Source of the DNA: Bdellovibrionales bacterium
GTDB taxonomy: Bacteria > Bdellovibrionota > Bdellovibrionia > Bdellovibrionales > UBA1609
Assembly: GCA_965200875.1 (NCBI GenBank)
Contig: OZ241456.1
Span: 1,472,001-1,536,000 of the forward strand
DNA length: 64,000 nt
Reading direction: 5' to 3'
Under the pieces are notes generated by a model, which worked only from the letters and a program-made list of their open reading frames with translations, made no database searches and was not told the DNA's origin. This document shows, one piece after another, positions 39,750 to 47,660 of this stretch (its first letter is position 1; each line of letters opens with the position of its first letter). A program made the translations under genes and the position numbers.

Positions 39750-40310
39750 ATGAACACAAACAAAGGTTATACACTTATTGAGATTCTGATCACATTGGCC
39801 ATGATTTCTGTATTAAGTGGGATAGCTTATGTTTCATATCAAGGGTACACGCTTAGTGTTGCTAAAAAGGACCTTAAACTTAATGGAAAACTTTTTGTCG
39901 ATTCTGTTTCAGGTTGTGTGTCGGTAAATGGTGATTGGGAGATTACATTTTTAACCCCGGCTGGACTTCCAGGCACGAATAAAGAGAAACCTTGTGATAC
40001 CCATGACTCTAATCCAGAAAAAGAAAAAGGTAAGTTACAATCAATGTTAGATTTTACCTGCCCTCCTGGTGCGACTTGTTTTACACACACCAACGGAACA
40101 ACCCACTATACTTGTTTGGAGATTAGGAAGGAGGTTTCAGGAAAAAAACTTCAGATAGTTTCCCGCGTGAATGGGGAAAAGCCAAGTGAACACCAAATAT
40201 TGTGTGGTGAAGTATCAGCTTATATTTCCTTAAGCGACTCAACCTGCCAAAAAAATGGTGATGCAAATTTAATAGCCGGCGGATTAAAAGATGATTGCGA
40301 TTGGAAATAA
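39750..40310 (+). CDS. Type IV pilin-like protein
   Basis: KG|YTLIEILITLAMISVLSGIAY prepilin site with E5; Cys-rich head. Confidence 0.85.
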   Translation: MNTNKGYTLIEILITLAMISVLSGIAYVSYQGYTLSVAKKDLKLNGKLFVDSVSGCVSVNGDWEITFLTPAGLPGTNKEKPCDTHDSNPEKEKGKLQSMLDFTCPPGATCFTHTNGTTHYTCLEIRKEVSGKKLQIVSRVNGEKPSEHQILCGEVSAYISLSDSTCQKNGDANLIAGGLKDDCDWK

Positions 40311-41235
40311 AAAAAATATACCTCTCAACAACAAAGGGTTTAGCATTATAGAGGTTTTGGTGATGTGCTCTTTGGTTGGTTTTGCGGTGTTTGGCCTTTT
40401 AAATGCCTCACAAAAAGCTTTTATATCTTCTGAATTTATAGAGACACATAAGTCCACTGGGGAATTAAAAAAAAGTGTCAGTAATGTGTTGAATAATAAT
40501 TGCAAGGATAATTTAAAGCCGTCCAAGCTCTCCATTGCAAATGCGGGATTACATAGTATTACAAAGCTGGAATCCAAAGGTAGAAAGATTGTGGAGGTGG
40601 ATAAGGGTTTTAAGGAGGGCTTTATTCAGGTGCGGGATATGAAAATCACAGAGGACAAGAAAACCTTTTATTTATATTACCAGTATAATTCTCCTAGCCT
40701 GGGTAATAAACAGACAAAAGGGGGTAAGGCATGTACAAATACAGATTTAAGTGGGTGTTACCACTTTTCCTGTAAAATGGATTATGAATGTACAGGTGAT
40801 TGTAAAAATGACAGTGATTTTACTAATTGTAAGCCTCTGGATTGTGGGATTGTGGATAAAAATTTATCTGATTTGATTTGTGATCCTGGCGAGGTTTTAG
40901 TGAAATTTACAGGGGTAAAAGATGATGATTGTGTGGGATGTCCTGCTAACCATTTTTTAGTGGGCATAAAAACAGAAGGGGGAATAAAAAAGCCTCAATG
41001 CTTACAAGTCAAAAAATGTGATACTGGAAAGGTTGCGGTCGGCACAATGACAAAAGACGGAGCATACATAATGGAATGTATGTCAGTGGTATGTCCAACC
41101 GGACAACACCTTTATTTAAAGAATAACAAAATGGAATGTAAGAAAGTCTGTCATGGTGGCCAAAAATTAGGTGCGGATGATAAATGTCATTGTCCAGCTC
41201 CTATGATGTTAGACAGTAATGGGAATTGTGTTTAA
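40291..41235 (+). CDS. Minor pilin-like protein with Cys-rich repeats
   Basis: KG|FSIIEVLV prepilin site; repeated CxxG modules at the C-terminus. Confidence 0.8.
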   Translation: MIAIGNKKNIPLNNKGFSIIEVLVMCSLVGFAVFGLLNASQKAFISSEFIETHKSTGELKKSVSNVLNNNCKDNLKPSKLSIANAGLHSITKLESKGRKIVEVDKGFKEGFIQVRDMKITEDKKTFYLYYQYNSPSLGNKQTKGGKACTNTDLSGCYHFSCKMDYECTGDCKNDSDFTNCKPLDCGIVDKNLSDLICDPGEVLVKFTGVKDDDCVGCPANHFLVGIKTEGGIKKPQCLQVKKCDTGKVAVGTMTKDGAYIMECMSVVCPTGQHLYLKNNKMECKKVCHGGQKLGADDKCHCPAPMMLDSNGNCV

Positions 41236-41245
41236 GGGGGAGTAA

Positions 41246-41389
41246 ATGAAAATAAAAACTAATACTGGTTTTGCCTTAGTGGGCACACTGGCTGTTTTGC
41301 TTGGTGGCCTTACCCTTATCTTGAGTACTATAAAATTAAGCACAAGGGAACTTAACAAAGCAAAAACTAAAAGCACAGAACATTACTGA
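41246..41389 (+). pseudogene. Truncated PilX/GspK-type pilin-like ORF (47 aa)
   Basis: GGGGAG RBS; MKIKTNTG|FALVGTLAVLLGGLTLIL lacks E5; early TGA at the edge of the defence island. Confidence 0.55.
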
Positions 41390-41519
41390 AAAGAATGTGT
41401 TTGCTGAAAAAAATGTGTGTCGCGTTGCATTGATTTTCTCTCTTTTACTGTCAGGCCCGTGCATTACTATCAGGACCGTATCTTGCTATCAGGTCCATGA
41501 AAACGGGAATCTCCTTCAT

Positions 41520-43602
41520 TTATTCTGCCAAAGTGCTGGAATGTGAATAATGGCTTTTAGCTGTTTTAATGGTTTCTTCCATAATTCGATCAATGGAGTC
41601 AAAGTCAATACATAGATCTGTCTCCTCTTTTTGTTTATAAAGGTAATCTTCTATTTCGTTTTTAATTCTGTTTTGAATATCTCTATTCCTAATCCAATCC
41701 ACAATAGAGTGCTGTTCAATCATTTGAGAAATAATTATGCTCATCTCCACCAGTTTATTGGTTATCGTTTCTTCACTATTCCCAGGTGACTTTTCGTCTG
41801 GCCATAGTGTTTTTTTTAAAATGCCAAAAAAAGCCTTTGCCTCTTCTTTGTCTTTCAGGGCTGAAGGAATTTCATCATCTGTGCGGGTTAAAGCTTTATC
41901 CTTTAATTTTTTAGCCTGTTGTAAAAAGGCTTTCTCACTTATTCGTTCTTCCCGGTATTCATCTAAAGTTTTCTGCAAAAGATCGGAAAGTTTTTCATAA
42001 AATACCCGGTCTTTTTCGATATTTTCTGCAATATATTTTTTTACAGAATGTATAAGCATCAATGCCTGGGATTGAGTACTTTTTCCTGTTAGTTTCTGAT
42101 TAAAATTATTATCATAAATATTGATTAAAGGAACAACTGTTTGTATTTTTTCTGCTTGCACATAAGTGTTTAACAGTCTCTTAATTTTTGGTTCATAGTC
42201 TTTATAAGAGACACTCTCCACAAACACTTGTTGAATATGTTTTTTTAACAGAAGAAAAAATTTTAATTCCTCTTTATATTTTTTTATTTCAGCTCTTGAT
42301 GTTTGAGTAATAAACTCCGCGGAAGAAAGTGCCCGATGCAGGCTGTTTCCAAAAGCAGAAAATTTTTCATAAAAATCCTCTCTTTTGTCTTTTTCAAAAA
42401 GTGTGTTTTCATAAGAGCTTTTGTCCCTTTTATTTTTCACTGAGCTAAACAAAGAAGTCAAATTTGAATAATGTTGAGGTAGTTTATCAATTTCCTTTTT
42501 TATTTCGCAAAAAGAATCTTCAATCTCTCTTTTGTCAAACGAATCAAACTCCATATTCTGTGCACTCTCAGCTAAACTATCATAGTGGGAAACTGCATCT
42601 AAAAGTTGTTTCAGATTGCCATGATAATCAATCACATAACCAAATTCTTTTTTGTCAAAGATCCTGTTTACTCTTCCGGTAGCCTGTAACAAAGTATGTT
42701 CCCTTATGTCTTTATCCAAATAAAGTACAGTATTTCTTGGAACATCAAAGCCAGTTAAAAGTTTATTAACCACTATTAAAATATCTGGTTCTTCTGGACT
42801 TTCAAACTTGGCTATTATCTCTTTTTCATAATTTTTATGGTCACCAAAATCTTCTTTTACTCTTCTCTCATGTTTTTTCAAAGCTGTTTCATCTTCATGG
42901 ATATGCTGATTATCCTGTCTGTCATCTGTTCGAGAGACAACAACTTCTGTGGAAATCTCTCCTATTTCATCAAGGAATTTTTTATATTTAAAAGCAGTGG
43001 CAATACTATGTACAGCCAACAGTCCTTTAAACCCTGTGTCTTTCCATGTTCTGAAGAAATGGGCACTTATATCCATAGCGATCATATAAACCCTTTGGTC
43101 CGTTTGAGCTAAATGATTATTACGATTATATTTTTTTTTCATATCGACTTTCCACATTGTATTCATCTGTTACATGGTATATGTTGTTTGCTGGATTTTT
43201 CCAATCAATATATTTAAGGTCATAACTTTTTTTGTCTCCTTCTATGTTTGTGTGAAAACTTTTTCCTAAGGTAAGAAGATCAAAAACTTTTTCACTGGTT
43301 TTAATCAGCCCCTCAAAAGGTATATTCTTTAACTCGTGAATGGCATTTGATATATCTGTATCTTTAAACGAATACACATCACCCTTGTATTTTATTTGAT
43401 TGATCTTTTTAAGTTGAGTTTCCAAAATATCTTCCAATAGAATATTTCTGGCACTGTTTTTACGAAAGTTAAGAGCTTCTTCTGGTTCCAAATAAATCCA
43501 ACCCATATTTTGCAAAAGCTGAAGTGCCGGAATTTGTGAACTTTCATCTTCTCTAAAAGAAGGGCGCGCTATAGTCTTTTTTCGCACTTTATATTTCGCC
43601 AA
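41520..43602 (-). pseudogene. hsdR: Type I restriction enzyme HsdR, internally deleted and split in two frames
   Basis: 43126-43602 is the HsdR N-terminus (EDESSQIPALQLL...YIDWKNPANN). 41520-~43145 is the C-terminal half (KLLTGFDVP, LLQATGRVNR). The nuclease motif, Walker A and DEAH region are missing. Confidence 0.85.
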
Positions 43603-44416
43603 TACCTTGGTTTAAGTCTACTTTATTGTCTTTGGAATGAACACCTTGTTTCAACATGATAATAATATTTTCCAAAAACAAGTTTTCCAAGTGGTTAGTG
43701 TTATTAGCATCAGCAAACTGAATGGCTTTTATGTATTCTTTCCTGTTATTTAATACCATTGGTAAAAAATCCAATCGTATTAATATATACGCCAGCAGAA
43801 GGCGAACCACCCTGCCATTCCCATCATCGAAAGGATGAATATGAATAAATCGCTGATGAAGCTCCACCAAAAAAGCAATAAGAACTTTACATTGTTCTTT
43901 CTTTTCTTGTGACAGCCATTTTTGAACCCACTTTACAAACTCTTCCATTTTAATAGGTGTTTCTTCAGGAGTGGTAAACTGAAATATCTCTCCAGTTTGT
44001 GTAAACATATAATTAGGCGATGTCTTGTATATTCCCGGTATGATTTTTTTTATAGTCGACTGTCCATCTGAAGTTTGTGCTTTTTTGTAGAAAGGCTCTT
44101 TAAGGCAAATTTTATTTAAGTCTCTGATATCTGCTTCGGTGATGGCTCTATCTTTTGTTGCCAACTCACACATATATTTAAAGGCTACATTATGCGCTTT
44201 CATTTCTTCGTATTCTCTTATGTTGTGTTCTCCGGTAGTCTGACCATGAATCAGCAAAAGCGTTGTTTCATTATAGACAAGAGTATTACCTTCAAATTGG
44301 TTGGAATGATGATTAAACCGCAATCGGATCCACTACCAAAGAGCTTGATAATTTTCTTTTGGAAGGGGTTGAACCGCCAACCATTTCTCATACCATTTCA
44401 TAAGTTCCAAGGACAT
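43589..44416 (-). pseudogene. Fic family protein with in-frame amber stop at codon 28
   Basis: ATG 44416 MSLELMKWYEKW...QALW, TAG (44333-44335), then WIRLRFNHHSNQFEGNTL; Fic motif HPFDDGNGRVVR. Confidence 0.8.
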
Positions 44417-44534
44417 AATTTTTCCTTCTTATTTTTTTATTTTACTCCCCTGCACGCGTTCTCTACTTGCTCGCGTTCTCTGTCAGTCCACTTTCTTTGG
44501 CAGGCTCGCATTCTCTGGCAGGACCGTGTTCCCT

Positions 44535-44560
44535 GTCATTCCCGTGAAAACGGGAATCCA
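44535..44560 (+). repeat. REP/dRS3-like palindrome GTCATTCCC-N8-GGGAATCCA
   Basis: GTCATTCCCGTGAAAACGGGAATCCA; relatives at 51552-51577, ~41497-41512 and ~44659-44671. Confidence 0.75.
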
Positions 44561-44703
44561 ATCAAAATAACATACTTTTTCATAAGTCACTGGTTAGTCG
44601 AGTATGAAAAATGTTTTTTCCTAAAACTGAAAGCTCTCTAAGAGCTTTCAGGCCCTTAAAAACGGGAATCCAATCAAAATAACATACTTTTTCATAAGTC
44701 ACT
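44547..44703 (+). repeat. 45-bp perfect direct repeat (44547-44591 and 44659-44703)
   Basis: AAAACGGGAATCCAATCAAAATAACATACTTTTTCATAAGTCACT occurs twice. Confidence 0.85.
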
Positions 44704-44705
44704 TT

Positions 44706-45452
44706 TTATCCTAGCTTTATACTGTTCAAATACAAATTCAGCGAGTGATTCAAAAAATCCTTTGTGAGTGCCATAAAATCCTCCAGTTTTCCTTTTGTGT
44801 GCGCTTTATCTAAAGCATTATAATACTTCAGTCTGTTTTCTTTTGTAATCACAAGTGGAGGAAATCCTGCTTTCATCAGTTCAAAATTTTGAAGCAAGCG
44901 GGCAGTGCGCCCGTTTCCATCTACAAACGGATGAATTTTAACAAACTCAATATGTAGTAGTGCAGAGCGTTCTGCCGGATGCAAATGTTTCCATTTTTCC
45001 AAGAAATATGTAATAAGTTTTTTCATCTGATCGGGCACAATAGTATAGTCTATGGGGGTGTGCTCAGCCCCAGAAATAAACACATTCTCTTTCCTGTAAG
45101 CACCAGCATTTTTTGGATCAATCTTTTTTAGCACAAGAGAATGAATTTGTCTGATTTGCCATTCACTGATATTTTCCTTATCTGTCACAAGTTTATATAA
45201 ATATTGAATAGCCTCGTTATGATTTATAGCTTCCAAATGTTCTGTGACACTTTTCCCTCCAATGGTAATTCCTTCCAGCACCACCTTTGTTTCTTTTAGT
45301 GTAAGGGTGTTACCTTCTATGGCATTTGAGTGACAGGTCCATTCCAAAGCAATTTTTTCCTGAAGACTTTTAAGGGTATTTTTCGGAAAAGGACGAGCTT
45401 TATCCAATCGAGCTTTTTTTTCATCAATCATTTTCCAGTCATACATAAACAC
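44706..45452 (-). CDS. Fic family protein
   Basis: HPFVDGNGRTAR; N-terminal inhibitory-type motif SNAIEGN. Confidence 0.93.
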   Translation of the reverse strand: MFMYDWKMIDEKKARLDKARPFPKNTLKSLQEKIALEWTCHSNAIEGNTLTLKETKVVLEGITIGGKSVTEHLEAINHNEAIQYLYKLVTDKENISEWQIRQIHSLVLKKIDPKNAGAYRKENVFISGAEHTPIDYTIVPDQMKKLITYFLEKWKHLHPAERSALLHIEFVKIHPFVDGNGRTARLLQNFELMKAGFPPLVITKENRLKYYNALDKAHTKGKLEDFMALTKDFLNHSLNLYLNSIKLG

Positions 45453-45498
45453 ACCTTTTTTTGTTTTTGTGCCAATTATCAGGATTAAAGCCCAATTT

Positions 45499-45748
45499 TA
45501 ACGCACTGCCAACCATTTTGCTGACATCAGCAAAATAGAAAAAAACCACTTTTAATCTTTTTATCCACCACTTAATAAAACTTCCAGAAGTCTTGTTTTC
45601 TCGAGATTCTTCAAACTATTCTCCGCACTTTTATCGTTTTGCTGACGCCAGCAAAACGATAAAACCTCGATTTTATGACTTTATCCCTCAATCCAATTCA
45701 GTAATTCTAACGCACTGCCAACCATTTTCCCGGCGTCGGGAAAATGGT
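45499..45748. repeat. Array of three 28-bp dinD-type palindromes with shared flanks
   Basis: ACCATTTT-GCTGACATCAGC-AAAATAGA (45512-45539), ATCGTTTT-GCTGACGCCAGC-AAAACGAT (45633-45660), ACCATTTT-CCCGGCGTCGGG-AAAATGGT (45721-45748); each preceded by CGCACT. Confidence 0.85.
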
Positions 45749-46602
45749 TAATCCTTTCTTTTTTTTCCAAGTAAATTAGGATTTTTTAATCTTTTTTTCC
45801 TATATGATTTCAATTTTCTCTCCAATTTTTTAACATCTTCACTAGGCTGTAAGTTTTCTGGCTTTATACCTCTTTCAATTAAAGTTTTTCTGACACTTTC
45901 ATTATTGATAGTATGCTCTCTTGATATTTCCTGCCCTGTTTGCATTTGATTGGCTTTTGCATTAAAAATAGTGATCTCTGTGGCAAAGTCTTTTGCTTTC
46001 AAGATAATAGTCGGAGCAAAATCAGCCAAAGCTCTATTTTTTGGAACTGCCCATCTTTCTTTCATTTGCTCTGTTGTATATCCAAATAATGCCTGATCCC
46101 CTTTAGAGCGAATAATACCAAAATTTTTTTCTTCTCCGGTCTGTTCATAAATTATACTTGACAGTTCTTTTTCTGTCCCAGCCAGTTTTTTGCGAGCCGA
46201 TACACGTTCTATTTCCAAAATTCTCTGTTGGATAATTTCCAGCTTTCTGGTTTGAACAGCAAAATAAGTCTGGGCAAAAGCCACTTTTTCTTTTCGCGGA
46301 TCACTGTTCTGGGCAATAAGGTAGCAGGCATAACGGGTGAGCATTATATCATCTATAACTTTTTCAGCTCCTTTAGGCATTCTTACTATCCTGTTAGCTT
46401 CCATAAAATGATCAGAAACTGTATGTCCTGCTCCTTGACAGGATATTTTTGCTTTTTCAATAACAGCTTTAAAATTTCTCCATTGTTCATAATCCAACAG
46501 ATTTTGAAGATCGCGAGCCAGCCAAAACTCCACACCATTTTCTGTTCGCTTGGCACAGGTTTCAAAGTCATTGATAAGTGTTTTTATAGTTTCTATTTTC
46601 AT
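45748..46602 (-). CDS. dinD: DNA damage-inducible protein D family (copy 1)
   Basis: EFWLARDLQ, LTRYACYLIAQNSDPRK, AQTYFAVQTR, KAKDFATEIT. Confidence 0.88.
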   Translation of the reverse strand: MKIETIKTLINDFETCAKRTENGVEFWLARDLQNLLDYEQWRNFKAVIEKAKISCQGAGHTVSDHFMEANRIVRMPKGAEKVIDDIMLTRYACYLIAQNSDPRKEKVAFAQTYFAVQTRKLEIIQQRILEIERVSARKKLAGTEKELSSIIYEQTGEEKNFGIIRSKGDQALFGYTTEQMKERWAVPKNRALADFAPTIILKAKDFATEITIFNAKANQMQTGQEISREHTINNESVRKTLIERGIKPENLQPSEDVKKLERKLKSYRKKRLKNPNLLGKKRKD

Positions 46603-47585
46603 TCTTCTACCTCCTCTGAAGTTTTACTTTTATCAGTTTTATGTTTTCTTTTTTTTACAGAATCTAAAAAAGTTTCTGAAGGATCTATTTTTTCTGAAGG
46701 ATTTTGTTTGATAGCATTTATAATGACAGATATAAGTTCCAGTTTTTTAGCTTTATTTTCTTCAGGATTATCCTTTGTTAATTCATCAATTTGTTTTGAA
46801 AACCCATTAAAGACACTCATTACTCTTTGTTTATGATGATATTCTTCTTTTATGCGATTTGTTTGTGATATAGTTCTTTGGCAATACCAAGCAATCCATA
46901 TTAAAGGCATTCCCACTATTGTTCGAGTGATTATATGTACCCACTTAATTTCTGGGGAGTTATGTATAAAATAAATATAATATCCACCCACTAAAACAAT
47001 AAGTGAGCCAATAAATCCACACCAATACCCTTTTGTACTTTTCTTTTCGTGCGCCTCACGGTAACTTGAGGCCAAACCAGCAGAAGTCGCTCCCGGCAAA
47101 AGCTCTTCTATTTTTTGAAAAAGTGCTGTATATTTTTCCTGTTTTTCTGCAATAATTTTTTTATCAGTATCATGCTGTTTTTGTATTTCATCAGTTAGCT
47201 CTTTTGTGTTCTTTTTCTGTTTCTCTATCTCTGAAACGCAAGCACTGGCAGTGCCTCTTTGTGTTTTTATTTCATCAGTGAGTTTACCAGCTGTGTTTTT
47301 TTGTTGGTTTATATTGGAAATGTAATTACTGGAATCTTCATGCCATTTTTGAACTTCAGAATGAAACTTTTTTGCACTATCATGTTGTGTTTTTATTTCA
47401 TCAGATAAATCATCTGTTTGTTTCTTTTTCTGTTGTATCTCTAAGAGATAGCTATCAGCCTTATTTTTATATTCTTCCACATCACCAGCTAATTGCTTAG
47501 TAGTATCATAATATTTTTGTATTCCAGTAACTGAATTATTGATCAACTCTTTTTTTTCTATATTGTGAATTTCTTTGTTCTCCAT
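46599..47585 (-). CDS. Coiled-coil protein with two C-terminal TM helices, hypothetical
   Basis: Repeated L(S/T)DEI(K/Q)xQ helices, LPGATSAGLASSY, two hydrophobic segments, EEYHHK. Confidence 0.7.
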   Translation of the reverse strand: MENKEIHNIEKKELINNSVTGIQKYYDTTKQLAGDVEEYKNKADSYLLEIQQKKKQTDDLSDEIKTQHDSAKKFHSEVQKWHEDSSNYISNINQQKNTAGKLTDEIKTQRGTASACVSEIEKQKKNTKELTDEIQKQHDTDKKIIAEKQEKYTALFQKIEELLPGATSAGLASSYREAHEKKSTKGYWCGFIGSLIVLVGGYYIYFIHNSPEIKWVHIITRTIVGMPLIWIAWYCQRTISQTNRIKEEYHHKQRVMSVFNGFSKQIDELTKDNPEENKAKKLELISVIINAIKQNPSEKIDPSETFLDSVKKRKHKTDKSKTSEEVEE

Positions 47586-47660
47586 TTTAATATTCTCCTA
47601 ATGTATTTACGATTCTCTGATATTACTTTTTATGAATATTCCTTTAATTCCTATTGACAA

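Noticed and set aside
45499..45748. Hairpin array as a CRISPR array
   Set aside because: Only three units, the variable part is inside the palindrome, spacing is irregular (~121 and ~88 bp) and there are no cas genes.
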